This document shows, piece after piece, positions 34,122-45,676 of a stretch of DNA of 64,000 bases. This DNA is from Trypethelium eluteriae (lineage: Eukaryota): NCBI GenBank assembly GCA_051942245.1, contig JAVECL010000038.1, forward strand, positions 1 to 64,000. The letters run 5' to 3'. The notes under the pieces were generated by a model. That model had not been told where the DNA came from. It did no database searches and saw only the letters and a list, made by a program, of their open reading frames with translations. The translations under genes were made by a program, and so were the position numbers. Position 1 is the first letter of the stretch; every line of letters starts with the position of its first letter.

Positions 34122-34829
34122 CTAGCCACTGTTCTCCATCGCCCATTCCGCTGCAGCGACGGCATGAACCTTGGTCGTATCGAAAACCGGCAATCCACAA
34201 CGACTGTCCCCCTCTGCCACCAACAGCCCGATCTCCGTGCACCCCAAAATCAAACACTCAGCCCCCGCCGTCTTCAGGGCGGCAATGATGGTATAGTAGA
34301 GTTCGCGCGACGTTTCCCTGATGATGCCGTTGCAAAGTTCCATGTAGATAATGTCGTGAACAGCCGTGCGCCCCGCCTCATCCGGAACCACAACCGTCAA
34401 GCCAAACTTATCGCGCAGGCGCGACCTGTAGAAGTCCTTCTCCATAGTGAACCTCGTTCCCAAGAGCCCGACGGATTTGAAGCCAGCCTTGACGATGCGC
34501 TCAGCCGTCGGGTCCGTAATGTGCAGGAGGGGCAGGCCAGAAGCGCGCTCGATGCCATGCGATACAAAGTGCATGGTATTTGTGCACAAGACGATGGCAT
34601 CAGCACCCGCGCGCTGGAGTGCGGCGGCGGCCTCGTTCAACAGGATTCCTGCTTCGTCCCATTGGCCGGTATGCTGAAGCGCCTCAATGCGGGCGAAGTC
34701 AAAGGAGTATACTATGCATGGGGAGGAGTGCAGACCGCCTTTGATGGCGCGAACGTGGCGATTGATTTCTTGGTAATATGTGACAGTCGACTCCCAGCTC
34801 ATGCCACCAAGGAGGCCCAGTGTCTTCAT
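34122..34829 (-). CDS. Aspartate/glutamate racemase family protein (YgeA/RacX-like, PLP-independent), intronless, 235 aa
   Basis: MKTLGLLGGMSWESTVTYYQEIN, AIVLCTNTMH, PLLHITD, VGLLGTRFTME, LILGCTEIGLL and PVFDTT. Confidence 0.95.
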   Translation of the reverse strand: MKTLGLLGGMSWESTVTYYQEINRHVRAIKGGLHSSPCIVYSFDFARIEALQHTGQWDEAGILLNEAAAALQRAGADAIVLCTNTMHFVSHGIERASGLPLLHITDPTAERIVKAGFKSVGLLGTRFTMEKDFYRSRLRDKFGLTVVVPDEAGRTAVHDIIYMELCNGIIRETSRELYYTIIAALKTAGAECLILGCTEIGLLVAEGDSRCGLPVFDTTKVHAVAAAEWAMENSG

Positions 34830-35477
34830 AGTGGCAAACTGACGTTCGTCCGCGTGGGATCGGCATCGTGAGTGTTGTACTGAGTACTCTACTCTGTACC
34901 CCATAAGCCCCGACACCACTAGTTACTAAAGGTAGTTACCGCGGTAAGGTAGGTAGGTTCCTAAAATTTCCGGTGGAATTATGTGGATGCATTAAGTCTA
35001 CGGTCGTACTACTTTGAATAATTATCGCAGAGTTTTGAGTTTGTCTGCAGACCTTATTGATTAGTTCTTTTGGTTCACAGCAAAGGATGCGAAAACCACC
35101 GTTGCTACGATTTCGATTTGAGAGGTGTTCATAGTGATCGGATTGTAAGCTCTGTCGACTCAAGCAAGACTCGATCTATTTGCCTGCTCTATCTATTCGC
35201 ATTCGGGACTGATCTGAGAGGCGGCACGAGGTGAAGAAAAGAAGTATAACAACATAAAACATGAATATCTTCGCTCAAATTGATCCTCGCCTATCAAGGA
35301 AGTTTTAAGATGCTTATCGCTATGTCCGCTACACCACTGTAGGCTGAAGAGCCTAACGCTTCAATCAGATCTTGTCTGCCATCACCACAAATAGCAAAGT
35401 CGGTCAATAGTCGCCTCTCAGCTCCTAACAGGCGAGCGGGTTCCTGACTTCCCCTCAATGACGCTGGCTGAGGAAGC

Positions 35478-36110
35478 CTAATTTGCTGGTAACTCGACGG
35501 GCATGGACGTGTCATGAGCATGACTGCATTTCGATGGCATGCTCGGTGCTGCTTCGAGTTCGCTGACTTTCTTCACAGACTGTGCCTCCGGTCTTACCGT
35601 CGGGACAGCAGTGTTGCCCCAAACGGCAAGCATCGTACCTTCTGAGCCGGCTGGTACTTGGTCGGGAGCCTGGGGATCCATCTGCTGGAGCAATTTGGAA
35701 CGCCAGTAAAAAAACAAAGCGATTACAATGAATACTAGGAACAAGATGGTTCCAACCGTAATGCCAGAAAATGGAGCTGACGATGGTCCAACGCTATGGT
35801 AAGATGATGGTGAAGCTGGTAGAGCTGTTGTATTGCTTGACGCATCGGGCAACCATGTATTCGGAGCCTCCGTCGACGTGTAAGTAGTCGATTCCGATAG
35901 GATGGTTGTCAATCCGGTTGTCAAGGTTGTGGAAGGGCTCGATTCCAGCGATGTAGAGGTTGGCCCACTATATGGTAGCCCAACTGCTGCAGTCGATGTT
36001 TTGATGCTGCCTGTCGTATGGTCTGCAACACCTAGCTTTAATGAAGACAAGGAAGCGTCCAGAACTCGTGTGAAAAGTCCAATCAGGCCGACACATATCT
36101 TCAAAACCAT
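35478..36110 (-). CDS. Ser/Thr-rich single-pass membrane protein (5' end uncertain)
   Basis: Hydrophobic N-terminus, S/T-rich stalk, TM GITVGTILFLVFIVIALFFYW followed by RSK, and tail motifs SELEA and VELPA. Confidence 0.6.
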   Translation of the reverse strand: MVLKICVGLIGLFTRVLDASLSSLKLGVADHTTGSIKTSTAAVGLPYSGPTSTSLESSPSTTLTTGLTTILSESTTYTSTEAPNTWLPDASSNTTALPASPSSYHSVGPSSAPFSGITVGTILFLVFIVIALFFYWRSKLLQQMDPQAPDQVPAGSEGTMLAVWGNTAVPTVRPEAQSVKKVSELEAAPSMPSKCSHAHDTSMPVELPAN

Positions 36111-37541
36111 GCTTGCTGCACATTCGACGCCTCACAAACAAAGCCTCAGCAAGTCAGGGCAACAAGCTACTGCCAGGTCAGCACTCGTCACCCCTCTTAT
36201 ATCAGCCGATCGAGCGCTTTCCCCGGGTCCATGCATCGTGTAGCATTGTACAGCGACAAGCATTCTGTCTTACTATTGGATCAGCCTTGAACCAGAGGTA
36301 TCATATGGACGACATACATTGTCCGATGTGTTTGCTTCGTGCAATTTGAGGCTACTAAACAAAAGCCGTTAACAAGAAGTTCTACCTGCGGCCTACCTTC
36401 ATGACGTATATGCTATGCGCTCAAAGACCCTTGAGGCAAGCGGCGAGGGAGTCAGGGAGGATTTAATTTGCAACATTCGACCAATTTCGATTGACCGGGT
36501 TCATTCAAGGCGGGCAGGGTGTTAGCAGAGTCAAGTAGTAGGAGTTTGCGTAAGATATAAGAGCCAGGACGTTCTACTGAAAGTTTTTGCGCGAAAAAGT
36601 TGAGCAAATACGATACGTGGGAAGGAAGCATTGCGAACAAAGAAGAGATCGGGGTGCTGAATCTGGAAATCCCGTAGCAGAGTCCTCAGTAGGTCAGAGA
36701 CTCCAATCCAGTCAGCCATGCATTTTTACTCTGACGGCTTCATACAAGAGCGAAGTTCCACAGAGTATCGGCGCTCCCGTTATCGCCGCTCGATGGATAG
36801 TGAGCTGGCTCAGTGTCGTACGCGATCTCTTCAGTGACGTACGAGCCATCAGATATAAGGTATGTAGTCGATACATGTCGACAATGTAGCTTCTGCCGTC
36901 ATTGATATTGGCATCCCTTTCTGGAAGGACTGAGATCAGGTTCCAGGGCTGCATATAAGCTAGCCTAGCTAAGTAAGGATACGGGCTGGAGCGTGCGCGA
37001 TCAGCGTTCTTGCATTTTGCACTCCGAACTCACCTGCATCTTCTACTTTAGCCACCCAAGTGAGAAGATACCTACCCAGGACTGCGGATCTGCAGCACGA
37101 TTTGTCGATCGAGACACGCGATAGATCCGCGAATGGCTGAGCAGACGAACAAGAATTCTGCTATATCGAGACAATGTTGGGGCATTGTCACCCCTTAGGG
37201 AGGCAAGAACTTTGCGCCTACGAGCTTCACGTTCTTACCTACTCTAATGCATCGATGGTCGGAACATTTGCGATGATAATGGCATGGGTCCGTACCTCGG
37301 CGATCAACGCCAGGCATTTACCGCGTATGCACTGCTTGCGTTAGTTGTACTCTAAAGCATCGTACGACTAAGGCATGATAATGTAGGTCGTCCGCTTGTC
37401 CTTTGATACAGTAGTGCTCACCTACTTACCTACTTATCCATCAATTCTTCCCTCCTCAGAGCCAGAGCTGCTCAGCGATCATCTCGTTTGCTTTCTCTGC
37501 TCCTGTCAGATCTCGCTGCTGCTACGATTAAGATTTCGACG

Positions 37542-39235
37542 ATGGATTTTTCCATTCGCTCCAGCGATCGAAAGAGACCTACTCATGATGTTGAGAAGCT
37601 TGACGTAAAAAGCTCAGTCACCGACATAAACCCCCTAAAAAGCTGCCTTCAGGACCAAACAGTCCAGCAGGCTGGCCCGTCTACCAGCGCGCTCGCCGCC
37701 GCCGCACCGCCGTCAGCCCAGCCAAACAGATTGGTCAGGTGGAACGCCAGAATAGAGAGCCTGGCAGGTTTGGAGGCTCGCGGAATATCGCCTGTGCTAC
37801 CAGATGAGAAGCACGATATTGAGCCTGTTGGATATCTGCAAATGTTCACGCTCTGGTTTGGTAAGGAAATTATCCCTCTAGAACTGGTCTACTCCTAGGG
37901 TTTCTGGTACCATTTCGTACTAATAAGATCTTAGGGATGAATCTTTGCAGTATCAACTTGGTCGTGGGCTTCCTTGGACCTCTGATATACAATCTAGGTT
38001 GGGTAGACAGTGTCTGTATCTCGATTTTTGCGATCGCTCTATCAGCCTGTGGGCCAGCCTATATCGCCACCTTTGGACCGTCAAGCGGACTCCGGACAAT
38101 GGTTCTTGGCCGATTCTTCATGGGTCACTGGCCGGCCAAGCTGGCCTGCTTACTGAATGTCATCATGCAGACCGGTTGGGGATTCATCTGCGCAATCATT
38201 GCTGGACAGATGTTGTCAGCGGTCAATGGTGGAAGTATGACCATTGCAGTTGGCTGCATTGTTGGCGCCCTTGGAATTGGCTTGCTAGCTACCTTTGGTA
38301 TTGCGGCACTTCACATATACGAGCGCTATGCCTGGATCCCGCAGTTGATTGCCTTGTTCACTCTGATTGGTTCTTCTGGCCGCAGCTGGGACACCTCTTT
38401 GGCCTCCATTGGAGATTCACGTACCATCAATGCAAATCGGTGCTGCTTTTTCACTATCCAGATCTCCATCCTCATTGGCTACTCTGCCATCAGTTCTGAC
38501 TTTTACGTCTACTGTCCTGTTAGGACCAGTCGGAAGCTTACCTTCTTGACCACCTGGTTAGGCCTCTGGACATCTACAGCGTTCGTGAATCTCGTCGGCA
38601 TCGGCATTGCCACTGGTGTATCATCCAATGCTGCCTGGACTGAAGCCTACTCCATCTCTTCTGGCGCGCTGCTTGCAGCCTGTTATGAAGGTCTTGGTGG
38701 ATTTGGTAGCTTCTGCGCCGTCATTCTTGCATTAGGTGCCATACAAAATAATGCTCCTGCTACGTACGTCGCAGCCCTGAGCATTCAGACACTTGGTACA
38801 TATGCTAGAAAGGTGCCACGCTGGGCGTGGTCCCTATTCCTGATGGTCATCGAACTCGTGTGCTCTGTTGCCGGTCGAAATAGCTTGTTCAATATCTTCG
38901 AGGATTTTCTTCCGATAATGACGTATTGGGTCTGCCCGTGGCTGACCATAGCTGTGGAGGAGCACCTGTTATTCCACGTATTGCGAGGTGTCACGTTTGA
39001 CTGGACTGCCTGGGAAGATTCCAAACGATTGCCGGTTGGAGCTGCTGCACTGGTGGCGTGGCTCGTGGGATGGGCAGGCGCCATCATCGGCATGGCCCAA
39101 GTCTGGTACACTGGGCCAGTGGCTTTGACCATAGGTGGAACAGGAGGCGATATTGGAGCATGGCTGTCTATCGCCTTTGCGGGGGTAGTCTATCCACCGC
39201 TGAGGTACATAGAAATACGACGATTTGGACGGTAG
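37542..39235 (+). CDS. Purine-cytosine permease family (NCS1; Fcy2/Tpn1-like) transporter; intron 37861-37934
   Basis: GLEARGISPV, MFTLWFG|MNL, FGPSSGLRTMVLGRFFMG, IYERYAWIP, LPVGAAA, GMAQVWYTGP and YPPLRYIE. About 12 TM segments. Confidence 0.93.
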
Positions 39236-39317
39236 AGAAAGCAGCAGAGAGTCACGGGTATTAATTCAAGCTTCTTTACAAGTAAAATGCACTGTGCGTA
39301 CTAGACTATCCATCGGT

Positions 39318-40121
39318 TTACTTGACGATGTCAAGCAATCCGTAATGCGGGAGAACTTTGTATGTTTCGACTTCTTCTGTAGTAGCACCTCCATTCCTTT
39401 CTTCTCCGTACTTACTCGGACTCTCCATGAAATCGTCTGGTACACGAGTAATACTCCACTTCAGCTGTCCATGCAATCCGCCGTTCCGAGCAGCAACTTC
39501 CCATGCGCTCTTCTGCAAATGATAGTTGTCAAAGTCTAGATCTCCAGCCGTTGTAGTTGAATGACAATGACAATAAACTCCCTCTTCGACCTTTTCATTT
39601 ATGGATCCAATTAGACCACCTGACCCGAACGGGAGGGGCCTAATTCTCCTTTCCTCCTCGACGAATGATGCCGGGTCATCTGTTGGAGGTGGTGTAACCG
39701 CGACAAAATGTCCTCCCTCCTTCAAATTGAGCGAAATGTTTCGATACATATCCACCATGTCTCTGCTACTCGCTGCGTAGTTCAGGAGCCAAGCGCCGAA
39801 TACAAGGTCGAAAGGTCCGCCTTCAAAGACCATCGGCTTTGAGCAATCTGCCTCGATGAAGTTGATCCTCTTATCATTGCCACTTAGAGTTCGTGCTTCT
39901 TGCAGCATAGCGGAAGACACGTCAACTCCAACGACTTTCTTTGCGCCCCAGTGTAAGAAAGATCGAGAATAGAAGCCAGACCCACAAGCTAGTTCAAGCA
40001 CGTTCGCATCATGTATGAGGGGCAGGACTATCTCGCGGATGTTCACCCGCTCAAGAATCGCTATAGTCGATTTGCGCAACTCGTCGTACGGTGCTTGAAC
40101 TTGATTATACTGAGTCGACAT
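39318..40121 (-). CDS. Class I SAM-dependent methyltransferase, ToxA-like, intronless, 267 aa
   Basis: Motif I VLELACGSG, VVGVDVSSAML, FDLVFGAWLLNYA and LKEGGHFV. The ATG at 40121 (MSTQYNQV) is preferred over the TTG start. Confidence 0.88.
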   Translation of the reverse strand: MSTQYNQVQAPYDELRKSTIAILERVNIREIVLPLIHDANVLELACGSGFYSRSFLHWGAKKVVGVDVSSAMLQEARTLSGNDKRINFIEADCSKPMVFEGGPFDLVFGAWLLNYAASSRDMVDMYRNISLNLKEGGHFVAVTPPPTDDPASFVEEERRIRPLPFGSGGLIGSINEKVEEGVYCHCHSTTTAGDLDFDNYHLQKSAWEVAARNGGLHGQLKWSITRVPDDFMESPSKYGEERNGGATTEEVETYKVLPHYGLLDIVK

Positions 40122-40452
40122 CTTCTTGAAAGAAGATAGCAAAAAAATGGTACGAGTACAACACTGTCGGCGTTGTGTGTTGGACCTCAAGATTGTACGT
40201 GGTGAATTCCGGGGACTGACCGGAATATTCAAGAATCGGGGGTAGCCGTTAATTGCTATGCATTTCTGGGGCAAGGCTGGCGCAAATGCAATAGTCATGG
40301 TCAACTTCTGTTCAACGAAGCTCGATAAAGAGCATCACTGTAGAATGGTTGCTGTATTGAAGTCTATAGATTCAGAACCGAAGCCCATTAAGTCATATCC
40401 ATATACAGCTTTTCCTCACGCAGCCAAGCCAAGCTAAGCCAAACAACTAAAC

Positions 40453-41669
40453 TTAATGACCTCCAGTTGTTGGAAGCTAGAAATCATGTCAGTCGTCTTC
40501 GTGGAGAATGCAAACAAGTCTTGATGTCGGCTTTGGAATACAATGCGTAGAGAAGTAAACTCACCCCAAGATAAACTTTGAAGGAATCGTAGATGAGCCA
40601 TTGGAAGGCTGTAAGCGTGCCAATCATGACAATTCGGACGCCCAAGCCGTTCCAGAGCCCCGTGAAACCGATGTTGCCGTAAATGCGAGACATGGCCGAA
40701 AGTGCAGATTCACCGGCTGGGAACGTTCGTTAGTCATCGGCTGTGAATCTCGAAGTGTGAGAAGGCCCTCTCAAACTGGCGTAGACTCACCTTTCCGATC
40801 CGAATTCAATTTCGACACCATGACATCAGCCGGATGGCTGACAACCGCACACCCAATTCCCGCAATGTACCCTCCAAGAAAACTCACTCCAGTCTGTTGC
40901 AATGAATTGTAGCTCTCCTTCGGCTTCCCTAACGTCCGGTAGATCTGCGCCACGGCTTCCTCAAACGTCGCAAACTTCACCATTGTATACGGAATTTGCC
41001 TCCCCCACAGTGGATATAATCCCTTGTACAATCCCGAAATCCCCTCCTGCGCCACCACCTTACTCCATCCTTCCCTCAGATTGTGTGCATAGGGGGGCAG
41101 CGTCGTCTGCATGCGCACCTTGATCGCCTCCCAAGGACACAACGCAAGGTCGGCGAGGAACTCGGCTGACGCGCTCGCGGCAAGGTAGACGACGGTTTTG
41201 TTGGTGTTGGGGAACCAGCGGTCGCCGTAGAAATACTTGAAGACCTCGTAGAAGCCATACTTCCCAGCGCCCTGAAAACTGTAGCCGATAAAGGTCGGAG
41301 ACCAGCCGAAGAAGACGCCCCGGACGCCTTCTGCGCGATAGATGCTAGACCAGGCGGAGAGGTTGGATGTGTATATTTTCGGGTCGACTTGGCGGCGGCA
41401 TTTGACGAGGTCGAGGGGAGTGACGGAAGTGTGAGTGGGGCCGCAAGCTAAGGGAAGAAGAGTCGGTGGGTTAGCAATTGCGAATCCAGGTATGGACGAG
41501 GTAGGACAGGGACAGGATTAAGGCTGAATTGACCATATGGTGGAAGATAGTGGAGAAAGAGCATACCGATGATTCCGCCTAACGTGCAAGCACCAAAATA
41601 TGTGCCTGAGAAGAGCTCGATTTGGTTCTTGGAACCGGGCGCTTTCAACTTTTGCTGCTGCCCCGCCAT
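40453..41669 (-). CDS. PIC2: Mitochondrial phosphate/copper carrier (Pic2 type), 4 introns
   Basis: [70 protein letters not shown] and [12 protein letters not shown]. Ends LPTTGGH. Confidence 0.9.
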
Positions 41670-42529
41670 GTTGTCTGCTTGCCTTGAGCCTCAATTGAAG
41701 CAATTGAAAGAATTCAGGCACTTCAAAGCACCAATTGAAGAGAATGCTTAGGAGAGAAGCGGAAGAGGAGCTTTGAAGAGACGACAGAGATGTGTCAGCA
41801 GCAATTGGAGCAGGGCAGAGTCTTGTTAAGCAAGCTTAAATGCATGGGTGGCATAGCCAGTGATAGCTTTGGCTGGGAAAGCGGCAAGGTTTGCCGATTG
41901 CGTCCTATCAGTGTCGTCTCCCCCATGACGTAGGAGCATCAACAACGCCTTCCGGATGGGCCGGAGCTGGCGCCGCACTTCCGCTTGGAAACCGTTATCT
42001 CACCACGAGCCGCACCTCTTCACAGGCTTGACAGGGTCGTGAGGGTCAGGATGTATTCCTTAAAGACCGGGCTCGCCGAATCTCGGTCTCAACAGGAGAT
42101 TACACCGTATGGAGCTGCGCTGATCCTGCACAGAATTTTCTGATCTTGTGTTTCACACGAGTCGAGAGCTACTCTACCTCAATTGACGAAGTTACCGGGA
42201 TTCACCGGCTGTCTTACATGGAAATGCTCAGCTCCTCCAGCTCGGGCACTCTGGAGCGGTATTTAATGTTTCGAATCTTAGTCCTACGTTAGTACTCTTG
42301 AAAGTTGAACGTGGGATGGGAACCTATGGGCTGGACTGGAGGTTATGCACTCTCGTTTAAATTTAAATGAAGCGCATTGACATTCTTGATTAACCTTCGT
42401 ACAGTCCCATGTATACGATATTGAATCCAATAGTGAATCCAAATTGCGGGTCAGATATCTACAGCATACAGCCCAGCTGATACTAAGAAGTGGCAAATTT
42501 GGATGCGAAGTTTTCCGTTTCTTCTCTTC

Positions 42530-43021
42530 CTAACCTCCTTTCTTTTCTTTATTCACCTTACCCGTACTCGGATCAAATCCATCAGGAGGCATCCACGTGG
42601 GACTGTCCCCATTAAACGTCATTTTGAAACTAAAGCCGTGGCCCAAGACCTGCCCAATGCTCTGGTACGCAATGACCTGCTGTTGCCAGTCTTGCTGTGT
42701 CTGCCACTCATGCTTCTTGGATTCCAATATCAAGACGCCATCCGTACCATTCGCCTCAAAGAAACAGTCGGGTATGGCGCCACTGTGGGGCTCCATCAGA
42801 GACTGCTCGAAATTGCGCTTGCCGACGACCATGGTTGTCCAAGGGCCAGCCTTGGCATCTATACGGACAGGACTGTCGGCGATAGGATCACGTTTGTTCG
42901 CTCGTTGAGAGCGCCAGTATTCGGCGTTGCGGACCAGCTTATTCTCAGCTAGAGTGTCTTCAGCCAGCGTGGTTGAGAAGCCGACCAGAAGCAGAGTCGC
43001 GGCGAGATTTGCAAAATGCAT
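42530..43021 (-). CDS. Small secreted orphan protein (163 aa) with a putative Kex2-cleaved propeptide
   Basis: Signal peptide MHFANLAATLLLVGFSTTLA, KR dibasic site after about 24 residues, and a protein-like mature region. No family recognised. Confidence 0.7.
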   Translation of the reverse strand: MHFANLAATLLLVGFSTTLAEDTLAENKLVRNAEYWRSQRANKRDPIADSPVRIDAKAGPWTTMVVGKRNFEQSLMEPHSGAIPDCFFEANGTDGVLILESKKHEWQTQQDWQQQVIAYQSIGQVLGHGFSFKMTFNGDSPTWMPPDGFDPSTGKVNKEKKGG

Positions 43022-44771
43022 ATGGAGCCTGCGGAGACTTTGAATACAGAAAAGATCAGATCTTATGTGGAAAAGATAAGGTTTAGATCCAGGTGTTTGA
43101 TTGAACAGTCATCTGCTAATTGAGACGACGACGTCTACTCTACGAGGGATCCGGTGTATTATGCGACCCGCGCAAGGAAGTCATGACTCCACCAAATGTG
43201 CATGTCTGGGTCGAGAGTGAGTTTTGTACCACAGAGCTCTTGATACAACAGACTTATACGTCATTCGTCACAAGTGCAGTCTCATAACACTGAAGTCGGG
43301 CCGTTGGTTGGAGTTCCGTAGCGACTGTTGGATAGCATTAGCCATGCTGGTCCGCTATGGTTATCAGCAAAAGCAGAGATCGCTATGCGGCTACCTTGAT
43401 GCCCACAGACTGAATGATGCGCTAATCGAGAGTGACTAAAGATCTTGCCTACAGAATGCAAATCTGGATAATTACTCGAAAAAGGAATATTCACAAGAGA
43501 GTTATGTTTAAGCGCACGGACCCGCTTTTTCGAAGGATACCTCATCAGTGATTAAACATGGAATCGTTCTTCCTCCTCCCACACCCATACTCATCAACTG
43601 ACTTCGCGGCAAAGTCGAGGTCGATCCATGAAGGAAGTGGAACAACGTATCCAAGAAGTGCCACACTGGCATCTGCAAAAACCTTGTGTTCATAAACCTG
43701 ATTCCCAACCAATAGCGGCATGTCTTGACTGAACTGTCTGTCGTACTAGTATGCTTGAACTCTGACATGCTGGAAAGTTTTTTGGTACTACGATAGGCAA
43801 TTTTGCTCGTGAAAGTCCATGAATGACCATACTTCTCCAGGTACGATCATTTCTTCATATGTATCCCACCATACACTTTATTATCATTCGGGAATCGCTC
43901 ATTGAACAATTGAGTTCTCTTCTACTCATCGAAATCTCCATGGATTTCTTTCAAGTACTTTTCAAGTCCAATAGTCATATCACAGAACTATTGGAGATGA
44001 TTCCGCTCAAGTATCGTAACCTCACGTTCATGATACGGCCTAGTCAATTATATTCCGCCAACGCTACGACCATTCAGAAACAAGTAGGACTTGCCCGTTC
44101 GCTGTGTATATCTTCGATGGCATATCGTCTGGCTCAATGGGCAAGCATTTCGCATGCCCTTGCGGGTTTCTCGACTATTCTCCTTCATCTTTCTCCTTTC
44201 CGGTTCATCCAGAACGTAGTGTTTCGTCGACGACCAGTTTTTGTAGTAGTTCTGCTGTCCTTTTCCAGCTTGACGAAGAATCTCTTCAATCCTTTCGACG
44301 TTTTTTATTACCAAGATCTGGATAACATATCATACCATGACTCCCGGACAGAATAGTATCATTGAATTTTTGATTCTGCCTATCTTGGCGGATTTATTAT
44401 GAAAGAAGATTAACCAGCGGTCTCTACTCAGTTGCCGGTCAGGGGATTGATAGCTAGACAACTCGAAGCCTGGATTGGAAATTTGTGATGGCTGTTTTCC
44501 TTGTTGTTGTTATCGCTGTCCTTTAGCTGGCTGCCGGCCTCCAGCTCTCCTGGGATCCATTTTGTTTGCTGCCGGTGAATCCTGCTACAAGTCCAAACAA
44601 CGACACGATCTGTGCGACATTTTCCCTATGTTCAACACGAGCAATACTAGTATTGAAACACAACAAAAGGAAAAGAAAAAAAAATTTCTTTTGATAGAAC
44701 AACAGCCTAACTCCCTAGTCTAGATGAACAAAGGGCCCAAAGAATTCTCCAAAAGATCTCTCGAACATCAG

Positions 44772-45676
44772 TCAAAGCCACCGGCGCAACCATTCCAGGG
44801 CCTGCCTCTCTGAGTCTTCCAGGCATTTCCTCTCCTGTGGATCATCTGGATTGCCTCTCACAGCAAATCCATGCCGTCCGGGCTTGTAGACCTTGTGCTC
44901 CATCTCCGGAACCTTTCTTCCGGCTCTCCTGGCGTTCTCGTGAGCCTTCTCCACCTGACCTTTGGTTTCAATCTTCACCCCTACATCCTCCAGTCCCCAA
45001 CCATAACTAACAGGCACGACTAAAGTCTCGACATCATCCGGTATAGTCAGATTGCTCGGATGCATGCCCACCGCTGCATCTATAAGCGGCACCTTTTGGC
45101 CATCAAGCTCAATCATATTGCGCTCCAGTCCGGCTCGAAAGGCGTATCTGCCACCCCAGCAGAAGCCGACCATACCAATGTTTTGGCTCCTGGGAGTCGC
45201 GAGTCTTAATTTCCGCAAGAAATCGTTACAGACCTTCTCTGTATGCTCCGCCTTGTGCCTCGTCATCCACATCAAAAAGGACGGCGCCTGAGCAAGCATG
45301 CCAGTGTATTTGGACAAGGTTGACTGCTTAGCCGCATCCACCGGGATCAGAACGTCCGCAGCCTTTAGTCCCAAGGGATCACCCTCAAAGAAGTCTGGGA
45401 GGTAGACTAGCCATTCGCCGCTTTTGGCGTAGGCGTCGGCAATGAGTCTGTTATTTGGCAGTGGCAGTCCAAAGACGTCAGAGTATATTACGACGATGCC
45501 TCGCGGGTCAGTGCGGTTGCCGATGACATAGGTATTCAAGCCGTGAATCATTTCTTCCTTGCCTTGGGGTTGGCCATTATGAATGCTGCCCTGTAGTAAA
45601 TTGTGGTCAGCGGAAATCATTGATCAGCACACGATTGAGACGGTACCTTAATGCACTCTTCACATGGGCGACTCAT
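44772..45676 (-). CDS. Dienelactone hydrolase family (alpha/beta hydrolase); intron 45591-45646
   Basis: Exon 1 MSRPCEECIK|GSIH, then SDVFG, YLPDFF, nucleophile GFCWGG and HGFAVRG. Confidence 0.92.

Noticed and set aside
34083..34871. 262-aa plus-strand ORF over the racemase
   Set aside because: GTG-started antisense shadow in GC-rich sequence. The minus strand carries the recognisable protein.
39318..40304. Extended N-termini from the ORF track (also 3003, 28577, 34919, 61452)
   Set aside because: They begin at TTG/GTG or precede the family-typical Met. Downstream ATGs fit the known N-termini.
42090..42140. GAGATTACACCGTATG resembling part of a fungal TPP riboswitch
   Set aside because: Lacks the CTGAGA and GATAATxCCAGCG core elements and is not in an intron of a thiamine-related gene.
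44700..44774. Stop-codon readthrough to a cryptic PTS1 after the hydrolase and other enzyme genes
   Set aside because: No TGA-CTA context was found, and the extensions I translated do not end in a PTS1.
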